A stretch of DNA of 64,000 bases from an uncultured delta proteobacterium. GTDB lineage: Bacteria > Myxococcota_A > Polyangia > Palsa-1104. Positions 55,195 through 64,000 of the stretch are shown here, piece after piece. The translations under genes and the position numbers were made by a program. Every line of letters starts with the position of its first letter. Within the stretch, counting starts at the first letter, position 1. The notes below the pieces were generated by a model, which saw only the letters and a program-made list of their open reading frames with translations, was not told the DNA's origin and did no database searches. The DNA lies in assembly GCA_963785725.1 (NCBI GenBank), contig CAWAWS010000003.1, positions 320,001 through 384,000 of the forward strand. Direction: 5' to 3'.

Positions 55195-55554
55195 ATGAAA
55201 CGATTTGCTTCACCGTTATTGGGTATCGGATTTTTGGTCATCACGAGCGGCTGCGCGGCGGGCGTCTCCAACGAGAAGGTCGCGGCCACGGACTCGTCGA
55301 TTCGCGCCGCCGAGGAGGTGGGCGCGCCCAGGGTGCCGCAGGCGTCGCTGCATCTGCAGCTGGCGAAAGAAGAGAACGGGCAGGCGCAGCAGCTCATGAA
55401 GGACGGGGACACGAAGCGCGCCGAGGGGCAGCTGATGCGCGCGCAGGCCGACGCCGAGCTGGCGGTCGCGCTGGCGCGTGAGGCGCCCATGCAGGTCGAG
55501 GCGCAGCACGAGGCAGACAAGGCGCACGCGCTTCAGCAGCAGTCCAATCACTAA
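55195..55554 (+). CDS. DUF4398-like lipoprotein
   Basis: Lipobox TSGC; IRAAEEVGA..P.A.LHLQLAKE; RAQADAELAVALARE. Confidence 0.85.
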   Translation: MKRFASPLLGIGFLVITSGCAAGVSNEKVAATDSSIRAAEEVGAPRVPQASLHLQLAKEENGQAQQLMKDGDTKRAEGQLMRAQADAELAVALAREAPMQVEAQHEADKAHALQQQSNH

Positions 55555-55574
55555 ATTTTCTTCAAGGAGCCTTC

Positions 55575-56483
55575 ATGCAACGCTTCGTTCGAACGTTTTC
55601 GGGAACCATCGCGATCAGTCTCTTGTCCGTCGCCGGCTGTGCGGCGGTCGTTCCTTCCGAGCTGGCCGATGCGCGCAGCGCGTACCAGCATGCCAGCGCC
55701 GGCCGCGCGGCCGACCTCAGCCCCGCCGAGCTGCACACGGCCAAAGAGGCGCTGGCCAAGGCCGAGGCGTCGTGGGCGAACGATCCCAAGTCGGCGCAGA
55801 CGCGCGACCTCTCTTATGTCGCGCAGCGCAAGGCGCAGCTCGCCGAGGCGATCGCGGGCATGGCGCTGGCCGATCACGACAAGTCGGCGGCCGATCAGTC
55901 GATCAACCGCTCGGAGCACGCGATCGCTCGGCGTACGCAGGGCGAGCTGAACCAGACGCGCGAGCAGCTGGCCGCGTCGCAGCAGAACGCGGCGCAAGAG
56001 CAGCAGGCGCTCGGCAGCGAGCATCAGGCGCGCCTCGACGCCGATCAGCGCAGCCTCGATGCCGACGCGCGCGCCAAGGCGTCGCAGGACGCGCTGGCCA
56101 AGCTGGCCGCGGTCAAGGAAGACGCTCGCGGCATGGTCATCACCTTGAGCGGCAGCGTGCTATTCCCGTCGGATCAGTCGACGCTGCTGCCGGACGCGCA
56201 GAATCGCCTGAATCAGGTGGCGGACGCGCTCATGACGACGAAGGAGCGCAACATCATCGTCGAGGGCCACACCGATTCGCGCGGCTCGGAGAGTCACAAC
56301 CTGGATCTGTCGCAGCGACGGGCCGACTCGGTGCGCAGCTATCTCGTGGCGCGTGGTTACGAGCCCGATCGGATGCAGGCGCACGGCATTGGCAAGGGTC
56401 GCCCGACGACGTCGAACGACACCGCCGAGGGGCGCGCGAATAATCGCCGCGTCGAAATCATCGTTCAACCGGCTACGAAGTAA
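55575..56483 (+). CDS. OmpA-family lipoprotein with DUF4398-like N-terminus
   Basis: Lipobox VAGC; RGMVITL..VLF, VEGHTDSRG, NL.LSQRRA, GRANNRRVEI. Confidence 0.93.
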   Translation: MQRFVRTFSGTIAISLLSVAGCAAVVPSELADARSAYQHASAGRAADLSPAELHTAKEALAKAEASWANDPKSAQTRDLSYVAQRKAQLAEAIAGMALADHDKSAADQSINRSEHAIARRTQGELNQTREQLAASQQNAAQEQQALGSEHQARLDADQRSLDADARAKASQDALAKLAAVKEDARGMVITLSGSVLFPSDQSTLLPDAQNRLNQVADALMTTKERNIIVEGHTDSRGSESHNLDLSQRRADSVRSYLVARGYEPDRMQAHGIGKGRPTTSNDTAEGRANNRRVEIIVQPATK

Positions 56484-56509
56484 CACCACACCTAAGGAGA
56501 CTATAAGAA

Positions 56510-56713
56510 ATGACAAAGCTCGCACTGACACTCACCGCGCTCGGCCTGCTCTCGTACGGCGTGGCCTTTGCCGACGAGACGACCGAGAAGACCGAGACCC
56601 ACGACACCGACGGCAAGACCACGACGCGGACGCGGAAGGTCAAGCACAAGGCCGACGGCAAGGGCAACTCGTCGGTCAAGACCGAGACGACCGAGAAGAC
56701 CGAAGTCAAATAG
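56510..56713 (+). CDS. Small secreted Thr/Lys/Glu-rich protein
   Basis: SD AAGGAG; signal ..VAFA; ETTEKTE repeated at both ends. Confidence 0.75.
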   Translation: MTKLALTLTALGLLSYGVAFADETTEKTETHDTDGKTTTRTRKVKHKADGKGNSSVKTETTEKTEVK

Positions 56714-56732
56714 CTCCGTACGGTTTGGCAGA

Positions 56733-56766
56733 GAGCCCCGTCGCGCTGTCGCGGCGGGGCTTTTTT
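56733..56766 (+). terminator. Rho-independent terminator
   Basis: AGCCCCGTCGCG-loop-CGCGGCGGGGCT followed by a T run. Confidence 0.85.
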
Positions 56767-56857
56767 CGTCTGCGGGCGGGCGCGGCATGACACTGTCGCG
56801 AACACCTCACGAGGCCGTCACGCCGAGGCGCAGGTGTCGTGTGCTAAACAGTCGGCC

Positions 56858-58099
56858 ATGCGCTGGCTACCCTTTTGCTTCGTGCTCGTCGCGTGCGGGC
56901 CGCAGCAGCGGTCGTCCGGCCCTGCCACCGACGCCGGCGCGACGCCCGACCCGGCGCGCGACTTGAGCGGCGCGCTGTCGAACGACGCGGCCGACGCCGC
57001 GGCCGATCTCCACGAGGCGCAGCTCGATCCCGATGCCGCGTGCGCGAGCGTCGAGCAGGACGCCGTGCCGACCTATCTGCCGCTCGACATCATCTGGATC
57101 ATCGACAACTCGTCGAGCATGGCGCCGGCGATCGACGAGGTGCGCGACGGCATGAACGCCTTCGCGTCGCTCATCGGCGGCGCGATGGGGCTCGACTACC
57201 GCATCGTCATGCTGTCGCTGCGCGGCGCGACCAGTCCCGTGCAGGTCAACGGCAGCAACCGCTACCCGATCTGCATTCCGCCACCGCTCGCCGGCGGCAC
57301 CGCCTGCGAGAACGGCCCGCGCTTCTTCCACTCCAGCATCGACATCAAGAGCACGGAGACGCTCGAGCAGGTCCTCGGCACGCTCGCGCAGACGTCGGGC
57401 TACACGCCGGGCGCCGACCGCGGCGGCGAGCCCTGGCAGAGCTTCCTGCGCGCCGGCTCGTCCAAGACGTTCGTCGTCGTCACCGACGACAATGCGCGGA
57501 TCTCGGCGACCCAGTTCGAGACGTTTGCCGGCGGCAAAGATCCCTACAACAGCACGACGCTGCCCCCCGGCATCCTCGACCCGAGCTGGAACGGGCTCTT
57601 CGCGCAGTACACGTTCAGCGGCATCTACGGCTGGGGCGTCGCCACCGATCCCTCGGCCATGTGTCAGTACGCCGACGGCACCTGGCCGGCGAGCGCGGGC
57701 GTCACCTACAGCACGCTCGTCCAACAAACGAACGGCGTGCGCGCGCAGATCTGCGGCGACGCGTCGACGTGGTCCAGCTTCTTCACGCAAGTCGCCACGG
57801 CGGTGGCAAAGGGCGCGAAGCTGTCGTGCACGATGGCGCTGCCGCTGCCGCCGGGCGGTCAGCAGCTGGACCCGTCGAAGGTGAATGTCTCGGTCGTGCC
57901 CGAGAACGGCGCCGCGACCGCGCTCGGCAAGGTCAGCGACGCCGCCGCCTGCGGCAGCGCCGGCGGCTGGTACTACGACGACGACAGCAGCCCGACTGAG
58001 GTCATTCTGTGCCCGTCGACGTGCGCCACGGCGCAGACCGCGCTGTCGTCGGGCGGCCGCGTGAGCATCGCGTTCGGCTGCGCCACCATCATCATCTGA
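56858..58099 (+). CDS. Myxobacterial VWA-domain lipoprotein
   Basis: Lipobox LVAC; MIDAS IDNSSSM, VVVTDD; C-terminal GWYYD..P..VILCP.TC..FGC. Confidence 0.88.
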   Translation: MRWLPFCFVLVACGPQQRSSGPATDAGATPDPARDLSGALSNDAADAAADLHEAQLDPDAACASVEQDAVPTYLPLDIIWIIDNSSSMAPAIDEVRDGMNAFASLIGGAMGLDYRIVMLSLRGATSPVQVNGSNRYPICIPPPLAGGTACENGPRFFHSSIDIKSTETLEQVLGTLAQTSGYTPGADRGGEPWQSFLRAGSSKTFVVVTDDNARISATQFETFAGGKDPYNSTTLPPGILDPSWNGLFAQYTFSGIYGWGVATDPSAMCQYADGTWPASAGVTYSTLVQQTNGVRAQICGDASTWSSFFTQVATAVAKGAKLSCTMALPLPPGGQQLDPSKVNVSVVPENGAATALGKVSDAAACGSAGGWYYDDDSSPTEVILCPSTCATAQTALSSGGRVSIAFGCATIII

Positions 58100-58106
58100 C
58101 GCGCGC

Positions 58107-59045
58107 TCACGCCGCCGCTCGCCGCCGATAATGGCCGGGGCGGCAGCGGACGATCCGCGTGAACGCGACGCTGAAGGCGCTCTCCGACTCGTAGCCGACG
58201 GCGCTGGCCACTTCGGTGATGCGCCGGTCCTCCCGCAGCAGCTCGCAGGCGATCTGCATGCGCCACTGCGTCAGGTACTCCATCGGCGTGACGCCGATCC
58301 ATTTCTTGAAGCTGAGCGCGAAGCCCGCGCGCGAGAGCCCCGCCGTCTTGGCCAGCTCGTCGAGCGACCAGCTGCGCGCGTGATCCGACTGCATCGCGGT
58401 CAGCGCCTTGGATAGCCGCGGCTCCGAGAGCGCGACGAACCAGTTCTTCTCGCGCCCCGCCGACGCCAGATAGCTGCGCAGCGTCTGCAGCAGCATGATG
58501 GGCGCCAGGTGGTTCAACATGAGCGCGCGCCCCGCCTGCCGGTTGCGCACCTCGGCGCCGAAGCGCTCGACGCCCCAGCGCAGCACCGCCGCCTGCTCCG
58601 CCTGCGCCGGGATGTAGATCACCGACGGCAAGCGTCCGAAGACGATCTGCTGGAAATGACCGTCCAGCTGGAAGCCGGAGCCGACCGAAAGGAAGTCGCC
58701 CCCGCCGTTGCAGACCACGCTGACCACGCCGTCTTGCGCCTTCCACTGCAGCCGGTGCGCCTGCAGCCGGCGCTTGACCGACAGATCCGCGGCAATCACG
58801 TGGCGCTTCTTGTGCGGCAAGAGGACGCAGTCGCCGGCTCGCAAGTGGTACGTCGCGGTGTCGCCTTCGACGGCCAGCCAGCACTCACCGGTCAGGACGA
58901 CCTGCAGCCGCAGGATGTCGATGGCGGGGAACTCGATCGCCCAGCGGCCGCCGGCGTCGAGCGTCGCGGCGGTGAGCGCCTTCAGCTTCATCTTCGCGAG
59001 CGTCGCCGAGAGGACGTCGTTGCTGTCCGAGGCGCTCGTCAACAT
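58107..59045 (-). CDS. AraC family regulator (cupin_6 type)
   Basis: AGGRWAI.F; WSLDELA..AGLSR..F; YLTQWRM; VGYESESAFS.AF. Confidence 0.95.
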   Translation of the reverse strand: MLTSASDSNDVLSATLAKMKLKALTAATLDAGGRWAIEFPAIDILRLQVVLTGECWLAVEGDTATYHLRAGDCVLLPHKKRHVIAADLSVKRRLQAHRLQWKAQDGVVSVVCNGGGDFLSVGSGFQLDGHFQQIVFGRLPSVIYIPAQAEQAAVLRWGVERFGAEVRNRQAGRALMLNHLAPIMLLQTLRSYLASAGREKNWFVALSEPRLSKALTAMQSDHARSWSLDELAKTAGLSRAGFALSFKKWIGVTPMEYLTQWRMQIACELLREDRRITEVASAVGYESESAFSVAFTRIVRCRPGHYRRRAAA

Positions 59046-59138
59046 GCACTAGACTATGCAGCATGAAATTTCGACGCACAAGCATGGTCAGTCCACTTCG
59101 ACAGCGCAATGATGGACGCATCAACAGGAGGCATCACC

Positions 59139-60038
59139 ATGCGAATCTTCGTCACCGGCGCCACCGGCTTCATCGGCAGCGCCACCGTTCGTGAGCTGTC
59201 GAACGCGGGGCATCAGGTCTTCGGGCTCGTCCGCTCCGACGCCAACGCCGACGCGCTCGCGGCGATGGGCGCGACCGTCGTGCGCGGCGCGCTCGAGGAC
59301 CTCGACGCTCTCCGCCGCGGCGCCGCGGCCGCCGACGGCGTCATTCACACCGCGTTCATCCACGACTTCGCCAACTTCGCTCACTCCTGCGCGGTCGATC
59401 AGCGCGCGATCGCGACGATCGGCGACGTGCTCGCCGGCTCGAACCGGCCGTTCGTCATCACCAGCGGCACGCCGGCCGTGGCCGGCGGCAGCGCTACCGA
59501 GCACGACGCCTCGCCGCGCACCAACCCGGTCGCCGCGCTGCGTGCGCCCGCCGAAGATGTGACGCTGGCGCTGGCCGCGCGCGGCGTGCGCGCGTCGATC
59601 GTGCGCTTGCCGCGCTCGGTGCACGGCAGCGGCGAGCGCGGCTGGCGCGGCGGCTTCACCAGCGTGCTCGTCGACGTCGCGCGCGCCAAGGGCGTCTCGG
59701 CCTACATCGGCGACGGCGCCCAGCGCTGGCCGGCGGTGCACCGGCTGGACGCGGCGCGGCTGTACCGCCTCGCGGTCGAGCAGGCGCCCGCCGGCTCGCG
59801 GCTGCACGCCATCGGCGACGAGGGCATCGCCATGCGCGACCTCGCTTCGGCGATCGGTCGTCGCCTCGGTCTGCCGGTGGCGGCGAAGACGGGCGACGAG
59901 GCGGCGGCCCACTTCGGCTTCCTCAGCGTGATCGGCTCGATCGATCAGCCCGCCTCCAGCGCGCACACGCGCGAGCTGCTCGGGTGGAAGCCGCGCGAGC
60001 TCGGCCTGCTCGCGGACTTCGAGGCGCACTTCGATTGA
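59139..60038 (+). CDS. NAD-dependent epimerase/atypical SDR
   Basis: MRIFVTGATGFIG, HTAFIHDF, WPAVHRLDAARLY; SD AGGAGG; divergent from AraC. Confidence 0.92.
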   Translation: MRIFVTGATGFIGSATVRELSNAGHQVFGLVRSDANADALAAMGATVVRGALEDLDALRRGAAAADGVIHTAFIHDFANFAHSCAVDQRAIATIGDVLAGSNRPFVITSGTPAVAGGSATEHDASPRTNPVAALRAPAEDVTLALAARGVRASIVRLPRSVHGSGERGWRGGFTSVLVDVARAKGVSAYIGDGAQRWPAVHRLDAARLYRLAVEQAPAGSRLHAIGDEGIAMRDLASAIGRRLGLPVAAKTGDEAAAHFGFLSVIGSIDQPASSAHTRELLGWKPRELGLLADFEAHFD

Positions 60039-60235
60039 GCGACCGCGCCCGAGCCGTCGTCGGGCTGCGACCGGCATCACCGGCGCGGCGACGTCGTCGG
60101 GCCGGTCGACCTCGCGTCTTTCCGTAACGACTTCACGCGAAGGCTGGCGACGGCGCGGGCCCGGTGATGCCGGTCATAGCGCGGCGCGAACGTCCGCTGT
60201 TACGACATATGGGTCCCTTTAAGGAGAACCCAGGT

Positions 60236-63200
60236 ATGCGCCTTCGGTCGCTATTCTTGTCTTTGCTCTTCTCGGTATCGGCGGTCGGCTGCAGCGGCGG
60301 AAGCGGGAGCGTCGACGCCAACCCGCCGCCGCAATCTTCGGCGAAGACGCTCACCGCCTTCTCGTTCGCCAAGCCCGCCGCGACCGGCACCATCTCCGAG
60401 AGCGCCAAGACCATCGCCGTCAGCCTGCCCTTCGGCACCGACGTGACCCACCTCGTCGCCACCTTCGCCACCACCGGCGCCGCGGTCACCGTCGGCGCAC
60501 AAGCGCAAGCGAGCGGCGCCACCGCCAACGACTTCACCCATCCGGTCGTCTACACCGTCACCGCCGCCGACAAGAGCACCGCGAGCTACACCGTCACCGT
60601 CACCGTCGCGACGAGCACGGCCAAGGAGCTCACCTCGTTCTTCTTCCTCAGCCCGGTGGCGACCGGCATGATCGACAAGACGGCGCTCGCAGTCGACGTC
60701 TCGGTCCCGTTCGGCACCGACCCGACCAAGCTCGTGGCCGGCTTCACCACCACCGGCGTCGGCGTCAGCGTCGGCGGCGTCGCGCAGGTCAGCGGCACGA
60801 CGCCGAACGACTTCACGCAGCCGGTCATCTACACCGTCAACGCCGCGGACGGCTCGTCCGTCGCTTACACGGTCACCGTCACCGTCGCCAAGAACACGGC
60901 CAAGGCGATCACCGCCTTCGCGCTCGCCGGCAAGTCCGGCAGCAATGACGGCGTCATCGACGAGGGCAAGAAGACCATCGCCGTCGGCTTCCCCTTCGGC
61001 AGCGACGTCACCGGCTTGGTCGCCACGTTCGCCACCACCGGCAGCAGCGTCAAGGTGAGCGGCGTCGAGCAGGTCAGCGGCACGACGGTGAACGACTTCA
61101 CGCAGCCGCTCGTCTACACCGTCACCGCCGCCGACGGCTCGTCGGTCGATTACACCGTCACCGTCACCGTCGCGCTCAGCTCCGCCAAGGCGCTCACGGC
61201 GTTCGCGCTCGCCAGCGGGACGGTCAAGAGCACCGGCACGATCGACGAGGTCAACAAGACCATCGCGCTGAATTTCCCCTTCGGCACCAGCGTGACCGCG
61301 CTCGTCGCCACCTTCGCCACCACCGGCGTCAGCGTCAAAGTGTTCGGCGTCGAGCAGGTCAGCGGGACGACGACGAACAACTTCACCCTGCCGGTCGTCT
61401 ACACCGTCACCGCCGCCGACGGCTCGTCCGCCGGCTACACCGTCAAGGTCACGGTCGCGCCCAGCTCGGCCAAGGCGATCACCGCCTTCTCGCTGGCGGG
61501 CAGCGTCGGCACCATCGACGAGCCCAACAAAGCCATCGCCGTCAGCGTTCCCTTCGCCACCGACGTGACCACGCTCATCGCCACCTTCTCCACGACCGGC
61601 GCCGCGGTCGCGGTCGGTCAGACGACGCAAGTGAGCGGCAAGACGGCCAATGACTTCACCAATCCGGTCGTCTACACCGTCACCGCCGCCGACGGCTCGT
61701 CCGCCGCTTACACCGTCACGGTCACCGTCGCCAAGAACACGGCCAAGGCGATCACGGCCTTCTCGCTCGCCACCGGCGCCGTCACCAGCGTCGGCACGAT
61801 CAACGAGGGCAACAAGACCATCGTCGTCAATCCGCCCTTCGGCACCGACGTGACGGCGCTCGTCGCCACGTTTACGACCACCGGCGTCGCGGTCAAGGTC
61901 GGCGCCGTCGTCGAGGTCAGCGGCACGACGGCCAACAACTTCACCCAGCCGGTCGTCTACACCGTCACCGCCGCCGACGGCTCGTCGGTGAGCTACACCG
62001 TCACGGTCACCGACGGGAAGAATCCGGCCAAGGCGATCACCAGCTTCTCCCTCGCCGGCAACATCGGCACCATCGACGAGCCCGACAAGGCGATCGCCGT
62101 CAGCGTCCCGACCGGCACCGACGTGACGAAGCTCGTCGCCACCTTCACCACCACCGGCACCGGCGTCGCCGTCAACAAGGTCCAGCAGGCGAGCGGCACG
62201 ACGGTCAACAACTTCACCCAGCCCGTCATCTACACGGTCAGCGCCGCCGACGGCTCGTCGGTCAACTACACCGTCACCGTCTCCGTCGTCAAAAGCACGC
62301 AGAAGGCCATCACCGCCTTCGCGCTCGCGCTCGGCTACGTCAAGAGCGCCGGCGTCATCGACGAAGCCAACAAGGCGATCGCCGTCAGCTTCCCCGCCGA
62401 CATCGCGCTCACCAACCTCGTCGCCACCTTCACGACCACCGGCGTCTCGGTCGCGATCGGCTCGGTCGTGCAGGTCACCGGCGTCGGCGGCCACGACTTC
62501 ACCAACCCAATCGTCTACACCGTCACCGCCGAGGACGGCTCCTCCGTCGCGTACACGGTGACCGTCACCAATCTGCCCGTCGTCACGCCCGGACCGACGC
62601 AGGCGCCGAGCTTCCGCATCGACGCCGCGCACACTGCCGGCCAGCCGGGCGAGACGCTGGCGCCGCCGCTCCAGCCGGCCTGGTCGTTCGACGCCGGCGA
62701 AGCGGTGAGCTACCCGCTCGTCGCCAACGGTCGCGTCTTCATCACCACGTCGAGCATGGTGACGGCGCTCGACACCACGACCGGCGCGGTCGTGTGGGGT
62801 CCCAATGCGCTCGGCGGCGGCCTCTTGCACGCGTACGACAGCGGCCGCCTGTTCGTGCTCACCAGCTCCGGCCTGCTGATGGCGCTCGATGCCACGAGCG
62901 GCGTGCAGCTGTGGAGCGCGAGCCTGCCCGGCCAGCTCGACTTCGGCTCGCCGCCGGTGGCCGCCGACGGCGTCGTCTACGTCAACGGCCTCGAGAGCGG
63001 CGGCACCACCTACGCCGTCGACGGCGCCACCGGCAACCTCTTGTGGACCGGCGGCACCTTCGACGGCAGCGACGGCGCGGTCGCGGTCGGCTATGGCGGC
63101 GTCTACGAGTCCGAAGCCTGCTCGCAGACGACGGCGTGGTGGGCGCACGACGGCAGCCAGCTGTGGCATTACTCGACGGGCTGCACCGGCGGCGGCGGCG

Positions 63201-63631
63201 CGGTGCCGGCGTTGTACCGCCACCGCCTCTACGTGCGCGACTGGGCCGAAGGCAACACGATCTTGGACATCACGACCGGCAAGAGCGTGGGCAGCTTCAT
63301 CACGACCGTTCCGCCCGCATTCTCCGACGGCATGGGCTACTTCCTGCAGACGGGAACGCTGCGCGGCATCACGACCGACACCAGCACCGTCAAGTGGAGC
63401 TTCGCGGGCGACGGCGCGTTGTCGAGCGCGCCCGTGGTGGCCGGCGGCTATGCGTACATCGGCTCGACGAGCGGCAACCTCTACGCCTTGGATGGCCAAG
63501 GGCACCAGGCGTGGACCACCAAGCTGGCCGCCGGCATCAACTCCCAACCCGAGACGAACTCGATGGCGGTCGCCGAAGGCACCCTCCTCGTCCCGGCCGG
63601 CAACGTCCTGTACGCGTTCGTCGCTCAATAA
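60236..63631 (+). CDS. Lipoprotein with 8 tandem ~93-aa Ig-like repeats and a C-terminal PQQ-like beta-propeller
   Basis: SD AAGGAG; lipobox AVGC; 8x AK.IT.F...GTID..K.I.V..P.GTDVT.LVATF..NDFT.PV.YTVTAADGS; ALDA.TG...W blades. Confidence 0.88.
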   Translation: MRLRSLFLSLLFSVSAVGCSGGSGSVDANPPPQSSAKTLTAFSFAKPAATGTISESAKTIAVSLPFGTDVTHLVATFATTGAAVTVGAQAQASGATANDFTHPVVYTVTAADKSTASYTVTVTVATSTAKELTSFFFLSPVATGMIDKTALAVDVSVPFGTDPTKLVAGFTTTGVGVSVGGVAQVSGTTPNDFTQPVIYTVNAADGSSVAYTVTVTVAKNTAKAITAFALAGKSGSNDGVIDEGKKTIAVGFPFGSDVTGLVATFATTGSSVKVSGVEQVSGTTVNDFTQPLVYTVTAADGSSVDYTVTVTVALSSAKALTAFALASGTVKSTGTIDEVNKTIALNFPFGTSVTALVATFATTGVSVKVFGVEQVSGTTTNNFTLPVVYTVTAADGSSAGYTVKVTVAPSSAKAITAFSLAGSVGTIDEPNKAIAVSVPFATDVTTLIATFSTTGAAVAVGQTTQVSGKTANDFTNPVVYTVTAADGSSAAYTVTVTVAKNTAKAITAFSLATGAVTSVGTINEGNKTIVVNPPFGTDVTALVATFTTTGVAVKVGAVVEVSGTTANNFTQPVVYTVTAADGSSVSYTVTVTDGKNPAKAITSFSLAGNIGTIDEPDKAIAVSVPTGTDVTKLVATFTTTGTGVAVNKVQQASGTTVNNFTQPVIYTVSAADGSSVNYTVTVSVVKSTQKAITAFALALGYVKSAGVIDEANKAIAVSFPADIALTNLVATFTTTGVSVAIGSVVQVTGVGGHDFTNPIVYTVTAEDGSSVAYTVTVTNLPVVTPGPTQAPSFRIDAAHTAGQPGETLAPPLQPAWSFDAGEAVSYPLVANGRVFITTSSMVTALDTTTGAVVWGPNALGGGLLHAYDSGRLFVLTSSGLLMALDATSGVQLWSASLPGQLDFGSPPVAADGVVYVNGLESGGTTYAVDGATGNLLWTGGTFDGSDGAVAVGYGGVYESEACSQTTAWWAHDGSQLWHYSTGCTGGGGAVPALYRHRLYVRDWAEGNTILDITTGKSVGSFITTVPPAFSDGMGYFLQTGTLRGITTDTSTVKWSFAGDGALSSAPVVAGGYAYIGSTSGNLYALDGQGHQAWTTKLAAGINSQPETNSMAVAEGTLLVPAGNVLYAFVAQ

Positions 63632-63758
63632 CGCGACCGCAGCATCCGCATGGCCCGACGCCGATCGCGGTCAGCGAAGCTCCGGCGTATCTAAGACAAA
63701 CTAAACCAGCGACGGGCCTTCCGACCGCCGCCCGAAACGGCCTCGCGTCGCCATGCGC

Positions 63759-64000
63759 TCAGTGCGGGGCGTGCTCGCGTTGCCACTGACGAATCGGCGC
63801 CGCTTCGCGCTGTCCCCAGGCGCCGAGCGGCTCCCAGCGCGCCAGCGCCGACGTCGCCAGTGACGCCGCCCGCGCGCCGTCGCCACCGCTGTCGACGAGC
63901 GCGCGCGCCATCGCGAACTCCGCATGGGCGCGCGACGCCGGCGCCATGTGATCGGCGAGCGCCAGCGCCCGCTCGAGCGGCGGCAGCGCCTGACGCGGCT
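63759..64000 (-). CDS. 3' end of a TPR protein (typical C-terminus of myxobacterial Ser/Thr kinase-TPR proteins); partial
   Basis: ALPPLERALAL..AEFAMARAL..GGD..RA..LA..A..IRQW. Confidence 0.6.
   Translation of the reverse strand, partial: PRQALPPLERALALADHMAPASRAHAEFAMARALVDSGGDGARAASLATSALARWEPLGAWGQREAAPIRQWQREHAPH

Overview
High-GC bacterial chromosomal window, most likely Myxococcota/Polyangia. The evidence is the deltaproteobacterial-type 16S, a MYXO-CTERM protein, and many Cys- and Gly-rich lipoproteins. A complete minus-strand rRNA operon (16S - tRNA-Ile only - 23S - 5S, tandem promoters, terminator) sits in the centre. Both flanks are accessory-type DNA: very large repeat-rich surface lipoproteins, TPR/beta-propeller gene pairs, a split DUF4331-DUF4331-TPR operon, stress and detox enzymes with divergent regulators, an Ada/2OG repair pair, a DUF4398/OmpA locus, and a sigma54-ECF regulatory patch next to decayed genes. 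The best candidate for an undescribed system is a 44-aa ORF too short for the ORF track (24128-24262, minus). It has a double-glycine (bacteriocin/RiPP-type) leader and lies directly behind a DUF4424-like gene, next to a 2OG-Fe(II) oxygenase and near a CPBP protease. Other notable signals are an RBS-sequestering hairpin overlapping an ECF-type promoter of the DUF4331 operon, recurrent leaderless-type promoters, a Ser-to-Gly lipase pseudoenzyme, and single-base insertions in ada and an esterase. All family names come from motif recognition by eye, not database searches.
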